64,000 nt of DNA, from assembly GCA_965197745.1 (NCBI GenBank), contig CBDANS010000006.1, positions 896,001 to 960,000 on the forward strand. The letters run 5' to 3'. Below, piece by piece: positions 30,924 through 40,654 of this stretch; position 1 is the stretch's first letter, and each line of letters begins with the position of its first letter. This stretch comes from Opitutales bacterium (lineage in GTDB: Bacteria > Verrucomicrobiota > Verrucomicrobiia > Opitutales > PNEW01). The notes beneath the pieces were generated by a model. It was not told where the DNA came from and ran no database searches. It saw nothing but the letters and a program-made list of their open reading frames with translations. The position numbers and the translations under genes are program-made.

Positions 30924-31748
30924 CTAATTTGTCGTCCCCGTGTCGGTTATTAACAGACGCGCGGCGAGCCCCGCTGAAACAGATTCTGACGGACTGATTT
31001 CCAGTTTCACGCGAAAAGTGCCACTGGAGGGATCGATAAGCGGGTCGACATAGACGACTTCAGCAGTGGCCTGTTCTCCACGTGAGGGTCCATCGAGGAT
31101 TTCTATATTGAGGGTTGTGTTCGCATGTAAAGATCCAAAGAGATGCGATCCGCAATAGACGACAAGCTCTAACCGGGTGTCATCTAGGACGCGGGCCACT
31201 GTTTCCAGCCGTTCCACTGATTCACCTACAGACTTATATTTTTTTAGGAAAATACCCGCGATAGGTGATTTAATCTTCTTTTTTTCGAGGCGGATTTGAG
31301 TGGTTTCCAGTGTAGCCTGGGCTTGTTTGTATTGGCTTTCCGCTTTCGCTAGAAGGTATACGGATTCTTCGTACTCTCTTTCACTCTGGATATTATCATT
31401 GTAGAGCTTTTCTGCTCGTTCCATGTCTTTGCGTGCTTTTTCCAACTCTGCCACGGCTCCATCCAATATAGCCTCTGATTGATTAACCGCTGCTTCTTCT
31501 TCCCGTGCATCCAATTCCAAAATGACTTCCCCTGAGATTACCCGCTGTCCTTCCTCTACACGATACGATTTAATAATACCCGCGGAAGCCGCACTAAGCT
31601 TAATATCTTCGCGCGGTAACAAAACCGAACGCAAGGAACCCCGATAAGCCCCTGGCTCAAGGAGGTAGGTCGATGAAGAGGGTAACTGGCCCACCGCTAA
31701 TAGCGATGGGATGAGAAATAGGATAATGAGTGCGACAGCTCTTATCAT
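30924..31748 (-). CDS. Membrane fusion protein / periplasmic adaptor (HlyD/RND family)
   Basis: Signal peptide, lipoyl halves VEEGQRV and IKSPIAG around a coiled coil, VDPLIDPSSGTFRV. Confidence 0.88.
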   Translation of the reverse strand: MIRAVALIILFLIPSLLAVGQLPSSSTYLLEPGAYRGSLRSVLLPREDIKLSAASAGIIKSYRVEEGQRVISGEVILELDAREEEAAVNQSEAILDGAVAELEKARKDMERAEKLYNDNIQSEREYEESVYLLAKAESQYKQAQATLETTQIRLEKKKIKSPIAGIFLKKYKSVGESVERLETVARVLDDTRLELVVYCGSHLFGSLHANTTLNIEILDGPSRGEQATAEVVYVDPLIDPSSGTFRVKLEISPSESVSAGLAARLLITDTGTTN

Positions 31749-31753
31749 AAATT

Positions 31754-31880
31754 GGAGGGAGTCAGTGCCTGTCGGCCATAGCCCATCGGGCGAAGGTTGA
31801 TTGCGTCCGGAATAAATTAAATAAATAATTAACCCATTTTTAATGTATCACCAAGTGGCCACGACGGAGCGTCGCCCTCC
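31754..31880. repeat. Repeat family A with nested CCTGTC..CATAG element (31768-31800)
   Basis: GGAGGGAGTCAGTG[CCTGTCGGCCATAGCCCATCGGGCGAAGGTTGA]TTGCGTCCG ... GGCCACGACGGAGCGTCGCCCTCC. Confidence 0.75.
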
Positions 31881-31895
31881 AGAAAATAACACCCA

Positions 31896-34097
31896 TCAGA
31901 ACCAATGGATTCTTAAAAAGTGGACCACGTCCCGGAACATAATATAGGCCAGGGGTCGTCTACCAATAATAAATGCGGCATTGCCAGTATAGCCCATTTT
32001 TAAATGCTCGGTGTCGTTAGTTTCATCCATGGGTAAGACCACGGAAAAAGAATAATCTCCACTGCCCGTTTCCAATCCATAGGCTAATTGGTCGGTATGG
32101 TTGAGCTCCAAAGTGTATGTCTTGGTGAGATCAGCATTAAATTTTACTTCGGATGCGATCGCGTCATACTTATGCATGAACCGCTCGAGAAATACTAAAT
32201 CCTTTTCTCGAACATCAATTTTCACTTCCCAGCTGCCGGGCTTGGCCATTTCTACAACGGGTTCTCCCACCTTGAGAACATTACCCACACGCAATTGGAG
32301 GTTCGGAGGGCCAATGACAATTCCGGTGAAAGGCGCGCGGACTTCCGCTTGAGAAATTTCAAAGCGGAGTTTATCAATCAATGCCGCTGATTTACGGGCG
32401 TTGAGCTGAGAAACCTGCATCTGCGTTTCATCGCCCATGTTGCGCGCCATATCAGATTCCGCCATGTAGCGCTGATATTCCTGCTGCGCCTGGTGTAATT
32501 GCATTTCAAGGTCGCGTGTTTCAAGAAGAGCGAGAAGGTCACCCTCATTTACGGTTTGGCCTTCTCTTACTAATACTTTATCCAGTCGGGCTGAAACCAT
32601 GGTGGGCAGGGACTGAAAATTAGTAGGCCTAAGAAAAGTATCCCCTCTGATTTTGAATTTAAAAGGAAGGCAAAGGACCAACAAGACCAGGGCAATGGGT
32701 ATGCCTACTTTAAGCATGAGCTTGCGCTTATCCGTTTTGACGTAACGTGTTTTGAGGCTCGCAATTTCCTTAATCACACGGAAAGAGCGTCGTTTATTCC
32801 AGTAAAGTGAGGTTCCCAGGGAACGGCCGCCGGAATACGCCAGATCCCGCATATGTAAAAAGGTGCTTTTTGCTTTCTCCGCATTATCTCGCCCTTCAAA
32901 GAGCAGAATACCGCAAATAATACCCTCTCGATCAAAAAGGGGTAGGGAGGTGGCCCAATTCATGGGGATTGAATCAAAATAATGATTGATTGCCTCGGGA
33001 CGTGAGGCTGTTTTTTCCGGATCACGATTGGTAAAGGTGAGGTGAAATCGTGGCCGATCTCCGGAAGGTAGCGTATGGGATGGGTTTTCAGGAACTTTCT
33101 GTTTTTCTTTTGACAGGTCCTTTGAACCGGTAGAACGCATTACCGTTTCCTCTTTTTCACTCGACTTAGCTGATGGCTCCACGATCTGTGGCGTTACCGT
33201 GGAAATGGCATCTGACCCCTTATGTTCTTGTATCGCCACCGTGTCACTTAAAGTAAATTGTGCCAGTTCTCTCACCAGGTCCTTTAGAATTTCCGCCTGT
33301 TCACTGCGGGCATGAGGCCGCTTCAATCCACTACAGGCTAAAATTTCAAAATCCAGGCTGAGGCCATTTTGCCTTGGAAAATCTTTTACATGGAAGATAG
33401 AAACCCGCTCACAATCTACAGTCTCCCGAGCAAAATTTACGATGTTCCAGGCGACTGAATCCAAATCTATATCACCGGCCAAGTCTTCCAAGAGGTGTGA
33501 ATAGGTATTTACCCGGGTGATCTCCTGGGTGAGATCGGTAGCTCGACGACTACGCAAATAAAGGACAATTTCCTCACAAAAATGCTTAAGTAAAAGCAAG
33601 CGTGTTTTTGTCGTTTCATTATTAACGGGTTTAAACCAGGCATGTAATACACCGGCAACTTTTGACTCCATGGGTATGGGAATAAAAAATTGTTCAAATG
33701 GCGTATCGTTAAAAAGGGTGATTCGCTCGGTGGTTACCGCGGTATCAATGGCCAGATTGTCGCTCCCTTCCCGTGGACGAGAACTTGGTTGAAAAACTAT
33801 GGGCTTCTTCCCCACTGCCACTTCCTGGACGGCTTTGCGGAAAGACTCATCCTGTGCCGGGTTATCCTCAAGCTTTAACTGTTTCAGATTAACAGAAAAG
33901 AGCCGCTTGAATGTAGATCCGCTCAGAATTTCATAAGTTACCCCTTGTGGCTTGAGTGCTTGATTCAACAGATTGGCGTGTGCGCGAAGATAGGCTGCCA
34001 AATCAGGAGGGTTTTTTGCCAGTTGGGCCAGTTGTGCTGAAATGTTTGCAACAACCTGTTGGACTTGTGAACTTGCTACGTTAGGGTGGGTCTCCAT
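31896..34097 (-). CDS. GAF-like-domain HlyD-family membrane fusion protein
   Basis: Large cytoplasmic N-region with GAF-type strands (FIPIPMESKVAGVL, SLPLFDREGIICGILLFE), one TM (IPIALVLLVLCLPF), then VLVREGQTVNEGDLLA, coiled coil and VRAPFTGIV. Confidence 0.8.
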   Translation of the reverse strand: METHPNVASSQVQQVVANISAQLAQLAKNPPDLAAYLRAHANLLNQALKPQGVTYEILSGSTFKRLFSVNLKQLKLEDNPAQDESFRKAVQEVAVGKKPIVFQPSSRPREGSDNLAIDTAVTTERITLFNDTPFEQFFIPIPMESKVAGVLHAWFKPVNNETTKTRLLLLKHFCEEIVLYLRSRRATDLTQEITRVNTYSHLLEDLAGDIDLDSVAWNIVNFARETVDCERVSIFHVKDFPRQNGLSLDFEILACSGLKRPHARSEQAEILKDLVRELAQFTLSDTVAIQEHKGSDAISTVTPQIVEPSAKSSEKEETVMRSTGSKDLSKEKQKVPENPSHTLPSGDRPRFHLTFTNRDPEKTASRPEAINHYFDSIPMNWATSLPLFDREGIICGILLFEGRDNAEKAKSTFLHMRDLAYSGGRSLGTSLYWNKRRSFRVIKEIASLKTRYVKTDKRKLMLKVGIPIALVLLVLCLPFKFKIRGDTFLRPTNFQSLPTMVSARLDKVLVREGQTVNEGDLLALLETRDLEMQLHQAQQEYQRYMAESDMARNMGDETQMQVSQLNARKSAALIDKLRFEISQAEVRAPFTGIVIGPPNLQLRVGNVLKVGEPVVEMAKPGSWEVKIDVREKDLVFLERFMHKYDAIASEVKFNADLTKTYTLELNHTDQLAYGLETGSGDYSFSVVLPMDETNDTEHLKMGYTGNAAFIIGRRPLAYIMFRDVVHFLRIHWF

Positions 34098-34213
34098 GGA
34101 TAATTATGAGGTGAACAATACATAAAAATCAGGTGAAAGCGAAGCCAAAATGCATGATAAACAAGGATAAAATAAATATTGCATTATAAAGGGAGATTTA
34201 TTCCTTGTAGGGA

Positions 34214-35593
34214 ATGCGCTGTATTAACACACCTCCTATTCTCAACGCCTTGGAAGAAAAAATTATCGAGCTCGTCACTGAAGATGTCAAACATGTGGGG
34301 ATTGTTGGTGTGGGGGATGGCAGGCTGGCAAGAGGTATGCAGGAAAAGTGTGGAAATAAAGTTAAATTAAGTCTGATTGAACCACAAGCAAAACTTCATC
34401 GTTATCTCGACGACTTTAAAAACCTCGGTAGCGACCCCTGGGATCTCAGTTGGTACGAGAAAAGGGTGAAGGCAAATGGGGCCTTTGATATTCTCATCTT
34501 TTACCAGATTCACAATTTTTGGGAAGGCAACTTAGCCCCCCTCTACAGTATTTTAAAGATGATTAGTGATGGGGGCCATGGTTGGATCACTTTTCTTAAT
34601 GGTCTATCCCGCCGGGCTCTGGAACATTTTCTACCCCCAAAAATTGCCACTTACGCACGATTGATGCATCCCATCCGTTTTGCTTCTATTACCGATTACG
34701 CTTCATGGAGTTCCTATCTGGTAACAATTAAAGCTCAATTAGACGCTGTTTGGGGTCTTCTCGATAAAGATGCATTTGATCTATGTCAGGGGAAAAAATT
34801 ACCCCCAGTAGAGAACCCGCTCACTTGGGAAATGCATGGCCTCAAATTAAATGTAAAGACCTTTGCCGACGCTTATCTGTGGGGTGCTTCATTTATCGGT
34901 CTTAAGTTTCATTTAAATAAAAAAGGGGATAATGCTATCGGCACACCACAGTTTTCTGGCACTTCCTTTTCCCCTCCACTATTTCAGGCTCTTCTTAATC
35001 CTTATCCTGAAATAAGCTCTGAAAGTGAAGAATCGTTTTCCATAAAAACTGAAGTGGAAGCCTGGAATGAACAACCAGAAAATAAGCTAAACCCACTGGG
35101 TGAATTTGTTCTCCAGCAGATTGATAATCCGAATGAAATTAAAAAAGTTCTAATCCTGGGTGCCAGTTGGGGAAAACATTTGATTCTCTTTAGAAAAACC
35201 AAACCTGAGTGGGAATTCACAGGAATAGAGAACGCACCATTTAAAGTAGAGGCCTCTAAAATGTTAACGGGCGATGAAGCTCCTGGTATCCAGCTTTTTA
35301 ATCCTGAGGATCCACTTCCTTTTCAAGACCAGGCATTCGACATCACTCTGTCTCTGGGTTACTTTTCCAAAATACATTCTCCTTTGGCGAAAATTATAGC
35401 ACCAGAACTACTGCGAGTGACTCGAGGGAAAATCTATCACTTGGAAGACGCTCGTGGCCCGGAGTTCTCCCTGAGTCTTACCCGATATTCTTTAAACGCT
35501 ATCTATGAGGAACTTGGCCATAAATCGACAACGCAACCCGTTCTTCTGAAAGAGACCCAAACGGGCCTCTACTTGCTAAAAGTGTCGCGATGA
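34214..35593 (+). CDS. Protein with two degenerate class I SAM-methyltransferase-like domains
   Basis: VGIVGVGDGRLA...FDIL in the N-half, VLILGASWG...LPFQDQAFDITLS...ELLRV in the C-half. Confidence 0.6.
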   Translation: MRCINTPPILNALEEKIIELVTEDVKHVGIVGVGDGRLARGMQEKCGNKVKLSLIEPQAKLHRYLDDFKNLGSDPWDLSWYEKRVKANGAFDILIFYQIHNFWEGNLAPLYSILKMISDGGHGWITFLNGLSRRALEHFLPPKIATYARLMHPIRFASITDYASWSSYLVTIKAQLDAVWGLLDKDAFDLCQGKKLPPVENPLTWEMHGLKLNVKTFADAYLWGASFIGLKFHLNKKGDNAIGTPQFSGTSFSPPLFQALLNPYPEISSESEESFSIKTEVEAWNEQPENKLNPLGEFVLQQIDNPNEIKKVLILGASWGKHLILFRKTKPEWEFTGIENAPFKVEASKMLTGDEAPGIQLFNPEDPLPFQDQAFDITLSLGYFSKIHSPLAKIIAPELLRVTRGKIYHLEDARGPEFSLSLTRYSLNAIYEELGHKSTTQPVLLKETQTGLYLLKVSR

Positions 35594-35677
35594 GTATAGC
35601 CTGAGTGCTTTATTAAAATTTTAATCTCTCAGGGAAAGCCTGACTGCACTCGGATTGTTTAAACCATTTTTAAAAAA

Positions 35678-37069
35678 TTGCATAGATTGAGATCACCTAT
35701 ATTTTTTTTCTGCCTGTTATGCCTGAGTTCTCCTCTCTCTGTGGTGAAACTCGCAGGAAACAAGGAGAGTGTCGAATCGGCTGATTCCGCACGCGAACTC
35801 AATGCTGTTTGGACGGTTTCTGATGCTATAGAACGCGCGTTGTCAGTTAACCCGGCCATACAACGGGCCGACGCCTTAAAGGACCGGCAAAAAGGATTAA
35901 AGGTGCAAGTCAGATCGGATTTACTCCCGACTATGCGACTTATAGGATCGGCGAATGGAAGAGATGAAGGGCTCATCGATCGCAACCCGGATGAGCTGTC
36001 TCAAGTACCCAGCGAACAAACGGCGATCACTCAAGATGCCTATTCAGGTTCTATAGAGTTTCGGCAAATCGTATTTGATGGATTAAAGCGTTGGAACCGA
36101 TATCGCCAGGAAACCCTTACATACAAAGGGGCGGAGGCTACTTCAGAAGATACAAAAAGGGAAATTATATCTTATGTTAAGCAGGCATTTGATCAACTTT
36201 TATTTACCATTTCGGTAGTCGATATTCGGAAAGAAACGGTCGCAACATTTAGAACAGTTCTGGAAATAGCGCAGAAAAAGAAAATAGCGGGTGAAGTTAC
36301 TTCTTACGAAATCCTGAGAGTGCGGACAGAATTACAGAGTGCAGTAGCCGAGCTTGCTGAATCAGAATCCAATTTGATCAGAGCAGAGCAGATTTTTCGC
36401 CGTTTGCTGGTTTTACCCCAACCGGTAGATCCCCATAGCGATCGGGTAAAACTGGCGGGTAAACTGGTGGAACCCATTTTTGATCTTTCCTTTGGAAAAG
36501 CGCTGGGCTTAGCTTTAGAGAATCGTGGGGACCTTCAAGCGGCACGATATCAGTGGGAAGCGGCAAAAAAAGGATTAAATGCCGCTCACGGGGAGTGGCT
36601 TCCGATGGTTGAGGTATATGCAAATTACTCGTTAAGATCCTCTTATTTTGATGAAAATAAAAATCTGGACGGATGGACCATCGGGGCTGTAGGGCAATGG
36701 AATATTTTTGATGGGTTCCAACGATCAGGGATCATAGCAACGCAGAAAGCAGAGGCAAGGGAAGCGCAGATTGGTTACCTGGAGTTGGAATATAGTATTA
36801 CCTCGCATATTCAGGAACTTTATGCTCAAATTGCACAATCCCGTTCAGTCATTAACTTCCATCGAACATCTATGGATCTAGGTAATGAAAGCCTACATCA
36901 GGCAGAACGCCTCTATGAAGTCGGACAAGTTGGCCTGGAAGAAGTTTTCTACGCACAGATTACCCTGCGCCGTTCCCAGATTAACTTATCTCGGGCTTTA
37001 TTTCAATATAACACCTTTCTTTCCCAAGTTGAGTATGCCATTGCTACACCTCTTAATGGGAATAATTAG
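35678..37069 (+). CDS. TolC-family outer membrane channel
   Basis: Signal peptide, AIERALSVNP, SDLLP, Q.VFDG, ALENRGDL, WNIFDG, LYEVG; duplicated OEP organisation. Confidence 0.9.
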   Translation: MHRLRSPIFFFCLLCLSSPLSVVKLAGNKESVESADSARELNAVWTVSDAIERALSVNPAIQRADALKDRQKGLKVQVRSDLLPTMRLIGSANGRDEGLIDRNPDELSQVPSEQTAITQDAYSGSIEFRQIVFDGLKRWNRYRQETLTYKGAEATSEDTKREIISYVKQAFDQLLFTISVVDIRKETVATFRTVLEIAQKKKIAGEVTSYEILRVRTELQSAVAELAESESNLIRAEQIFRRLLVLPQPVDPHSDRVKLAGKLVEPIFDLSFGKALGLALENRGDLQAARYQWEAAKKGLNAAHGEWLPMVEVYANYSLRSSYFDENKNLDGWTIGAVGQWNIFDGFQRSGIIATQKAEAREAQIGYLELEYSITSHIQELYAQIAQSRSVINFHRTSMDLGNESLHQAERLYEVGQVGLEEVFYAQITLRRSQINLSRALFQYNTFLSQVEYAIATPLNGNN

Positions 37070-37078
37070 CATTAACCC

Positions 37079-39337
37079 ATGAACACTTCAACGCTCCCCG
37101 TGGAAACGGGACATTTTGATCCCGATAAAGAAATTGCCGACTTGGAGCGAATGGTTCCATCGCGGTTAAGAGCTGACCTTGTTATCCAAAAACAGTTTTT
37201 TAAGAACGAGGAGTATTTTGTGGTCAAGGACCCCCTCGCGTTGACTTATTTTCGTCTGCGTCCCGAAACGGCCTTTATCATCAATTTACTTGATGGAAAG
37301 AAAAATTTAAAAACGATAACCGATGAATTCTCTCAGCAGTACCCCAATAGCACTCTTGGCTTGAAAGATATAGCTGCCTTTACGCAACAGTTGGGTATGG
37401 GAGGGCTTCTTAACATCAGCGCTCGTCGTTTTGTCGATTATGCCCGTCATAAACCTCAACAGGCCAACAGCCTTATTCGTCTATGGATGTTGGCCATGCA
37501 AAAACTGATCTTTTTAAAAGTTCCGCTTATTGATCCCAGTCCCTGGTTGGGTAAATTAACGGCTAAAATTACTTTTTTTTGGTCCCGCTGGTTCATATGG
37601 GGGTGCCTCGGATTTTTCGTATGGACAATATTCTGGCTCATCGTCAACCGGGAGGCCTTTTCGCACAATGATATAAACTTTTTATCCCCTGCTAACCTCT
37701 TTATTATGTGGCTTTCGATTATTTTTGTTAAGATTTTCCATGAGTTTGGGCATGCCACGACTTGCCGTTATTTCGGTGGGGAAGTGCATGAAATGGGTGT
37801 CTGTTTAATCTGTTTTACCCCCTGTGGGTACGTCGATGCCTCAGATGCCTATATGATGAAGCATAAGCGGCATAAAATTTATACCACTTTAGCGGGTGTT
37901 TTTACTGAATTTGTCATCGCCTCCCTCTGCGCCCATGCCTGGCTCTATCTCTCGCCCGGTCTGCTAAAAAACATTGCTTTTAATATCATGTTCGTCGCCA
38001 GTATTAACACGATTTTTTTTAATATGAATCCGCTGATGCGTTTTGATGGCTATTATGTGATCAGTGACTTACTGGAAATACCCAATTTGCGAACAAAATC
38101 CATTACTTACTGTTCCTACCGCCTTCAGCAGTTTTTCTTTGGTATCCGCAATACTTTTCAGGAACGCATGTTCGATATTCATACTGACAGTCGGGTATTT
38201 CTTATTTATGCGATCAGCGCTTTCCTCTACATGGCCTTCATTATTTACTCTCTCAGCCAGATATTTGCCCACGTTCTTGCCCCTTACGGCCTGGGTGAAT
38301 TTGGGTTGGGACTGGGGGTGTTTGCCCAGATTTCCTTCATCGGGTTTCCCGTCGCAAAACTGCTGACTGATGCTTTTAATCCGGAAGCTGCGCCTCATAT
38401 TATAAAAATTGCGTCGACGAAACGCCGCCTCATTACAATTGGTGTTGCCCTGTTAACGATCATTCTTGTCATCGCCTTCCTCCCCAGTCGCTATAATATC
38501 GACCGTCAGGGTGTTGTGCGTTATGCCCAGAGCGAAATTATTGCCACTAAAACTGGTGGGCTCGTCGAGAAAATTTTCGTCAAAACCGGTGATTGGATAG
38601 AAGCGGGCGCAATTATAGCAATGTTGAACAACCCGTCTCTGGAAGCGGAACTAGCGATCACGCAAACAGATTTCGAATTGGCAAAATTGCAATATGGTGC
38701 TCTGCAAAATGAACGCTCTTGGGATACAGCCAGACATATGGCAGAAGCTGCTGCTGCTTTGGAAATGGCGGAGACTCATTATCGGAGGGTCCGTGAAGAA
38801 GCCGAAGCATTGGAGCTAAAAGCGACCATCTCTGGATATGTGCTTTCTTCCGATGTCCACCGCTTAGCGGGGAAATACATTGCTCCTGAAGAGGCTTTAA
38901 TGCGGATTGGCACACGCGATAATTTACGCCTTATTCTCCCTCTTACAGAAAGTGAAATTCAACTTATCGAACCGGGAAGTAAAGTTCGGGGTCGTTGGAA
39001 TACCGACGCTGAAAAATTTGAAACGGCTATAGATGTCTTTCCGCGTCAAAGAGCGTCGTTGGAAAATTACATGTTTGCGATGTATACAGCTTTTGGCGGA
39101 CCCGCTCCGCGGGAACAGTTTAAAGGACAAAGCTCACAAAATGGTTCAGGTTCGAACGATCCCCTGTTTTCCCTTTTTCTTGCTGAAGCCCCGCTTGTAG
39201 ATCATTTAAAAAATTATCAGGTTTTTGAAGGTATGCGTGTGCAGGCCACTATCCTCGGCAAAAAAACCACCTTGGGCAAAAAAATCTGGCGCAGTGTCGT
39301 TTCATTTTGGGATAATAACATGCGGTCTATTCGTTAA
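37079..39337 (+). CDS. PqqD/RRE-like domain + M50 site-2 protease + HlyD adaptor fusion
   Basis: N-terminal VVKDP...YFRL...LLDGKK wHTH pattern, HEFGH zinc motif, NMNPLMRFDGY, several TMs, VKTGDWIEAG...LKATISG adaptor. Confidence 0.85.
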   Translation: MNTSTLPVETGHFDPDKEIADLERMVPSRLRADLVIQKQFFKNEEYFVVKDPLALTYFRLRPETAFIINLLDGKKNLKTITDEFSQQYPNSTLGLKDIAAFTQQLGMGGLLNISARRFVDYARHKPQQANSLIRLWMLAMQKLIFLKVPLIDPSPWLGKLTAKITFFWSRWFIWGCLGFFVWTIFWLIVNREAFSHNDINFLSPANLFIMWLSIIFVKIFHEFGHATTCRYFGGEVHEMGVCLICFTPCGYVDASDAYMMKHKRHKIYTTLAGVFTEFVIASLCAHAWLYLSPGLLKNIAFNIMFVASINTIFFNMNPLMRFDGYYVISDLLEIPNLRTKSITYCSYRLQQFFFGIRNTFQERMFDIHTDSRVFLIYAISAFLYMAFIIYSLSQIFAHVLAPYGLGEFGLGLGVFAQISFIGFPVAKLLTDAFNPEAAPHIIKIASTKRRLITIGVALLTIILVIAFLPSRYNIDRQGVVRYAQSEIIATKTGGLVEKIFVKTGDWIEAGAIIAMLNNPSLEAELAITQTDFELAKLQYGALQNERSWDTARHMAEAAAALEMAETHYRRVREEAEALELKATISGYVLSSDVHRLAGKYIAPEEALMRIGTRDNLRLILPLTESEIQLIEPGSKVRGRWNTDAEKFETAIDVFPRQRASLENYMFAMYTAFGGPAPREQFKGQSSQNGSGSNDPLFSLFLAEAPLVDHLKNYQVFEGMRVQATILGKKTTLGKKIWRSVVSFWDNNMRSIR

Positions 39338-39362
39338 ACCAGGATACCCTATTTTGTCCGGT

Positions 39363-40448
39363 ATGGTGCCATCAAAACTTACGGATTGTCTCCTCAACCT
39401 TTCTTACCAGCGTACGCTTACCGGGTTTGAACAAGCGCTAAAGGAGGTGATGGATATATTTGATTTAACCGCTTGGGCCTGTCTATTCCCGCCCAGTTTT
39501 AACGCTGGGGGCAACAATTTGATCATCGCCAAAGGCATCAGGGAAAATAGTTCGCTCCCGAATCAACAATCCCTTTTTAGACTTACTCAGTATGGGATTA
39601 ATCGACAGACGGAAGCGCTACTCAAATCACTGGGACGCGAACTCTCTCCAACAAAAACAGCCCATATTCAGATAATTCCCCTTCGCCGTAAAGGTAAAGC
39701 GCTCTTCATTCTTTTCCTCTTTAGGGATGGAAATCCTTTTACCAATGAAGAGATCACACTTGCCAATAATGTCGGGAAACATCTCGACCGGTGTTTTGTC
39801 CTCTTATCCCAAGAACAGGAACAGGAATTCGTAGTAGGTTTTTTTCGGCTTGTCAGTAACCTATACGCTGAAGGGCTATGCCTGCTCGACACCAATAAAC
39901 AGCTTAATTACGATAATACTCATTTTAGAGAACACCTTTATATCTGGGAACATGGACGTGAAGCGGTTAAAAATCATAACCTCCCACGCCAGATTAAACT
40001 GCCGCTCGATTGGGAAGAAGCCTGTGATGAAGCCATTAAAATATACCAAACTAGCACCTTCCCCCAAGTCTCTTCCAGAATGGCAATTACCCAGGGGCCT
40101 CTCGTACGATTAGAGATACCCATAACAAGCACTGAATATTTAGAGGGAGCGGTGCGCTATCTTGCTTTTAAAAGTTCCCTCGGGGTTAGGCCCTACCTCC
40201 TGCTCACGACAAACCTGCAAAAACGCCTGATTAGAAAATCTGCTTCCTTTGCGGAGTTCGCAAAAAAAATAGAACTTTCCAAGCGTGAAAAGGAAGTAGG
40301 TGATCTGATCATGGAAGGGTATTCTGCTTCTCGCATCGCCGATACCTTGGGTATTTCTCTGACCACCATAAAAACACACATTCGGCATATTCTACGCAAA
40401 ACCGGCGTGCGCAACCGCTTGGAATTCATCAGCATCTGCAGTAAGTAA
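39363..40448 (+). CDS. LuxR-family transcriptional regulator with large N-terminal sensor region
   Basis: C-terminal LSKREKEV...GYSASRIADTLGISLTTIKTHIRHILRKTGVRNR. Start set at ATG 39363 to avoid overlap with the upstream gene. Confidence 0.85.
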   Translation: MVPSKLTDCLLNLSYQRTLTGFEQALKEVMDIFDLTAWACLFPPSFNAGGNNLIIAKGIRENSSLPNQQSLFRLTQYGINRQTEALLKSLGRELSPTKTAHIQIIPLRRKGKALFILFLFRDGNPFTNEEITLANNVGKHLDRCFVLLSQEQEQEFVVGFFRLVSNLYAEGLCLLDTNKQLNYDNTHFREHLYIWEHGREAVKNHNLPRQIKLPLDWEEACDEAIKIYQTSTFPQVSSRMAITQGPLVRLEIPITSTEYLEGAVRYLAFKSSLGVRPYLLLTTNLQKRLIRKSASFAEFAKKIELSKREKEVGDLIMEGYSASRIADTLGISLTTIKTHIRHILRKTGVRNRLEFISICSK

Positions 40449-40493
40449 AGGTTGTTGAATAGCTGATTGTTGATTGAATTAAATAAATCATTT

Positions 40494-40613
40494 GAAGGGT
40501 CGCGCGCTCGTTGGCCATAGCCAAGCATCAGCGGGGGCGACGGTTGATTGCGACCGCATATTTACCGCGCACGAATGAATATTATCCTCAGCCACGAAGG
40601 AGCGTCGCCCTCC
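40494..40613. repeat. Repeat family A with nested element (40507-40547)
   Basis: GAAGGGTCGCGCG[CTCGTTGGCCATAGCCAAGCATCAGCGGGGGCGACGGTTGA]TTGCGACCG ... GCCACGAAGGAGCGTCGCCCTCC. Confidence 0.7.
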
Positions 40614-40654
40614 ATAATGAGTTATATTCTGGATCCCTAATAACCCATTACCGT

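Noticed and set aside
29229..40448. RiPP biosynthetic cluster, suggested by the RRE-like domain, protease and methyltransferase
   Set aside because: No short precursor with a core peptide and no radical SAM, YcaO or lanthipeptide enzyme. The leader-bearing genes look like exoproteins.
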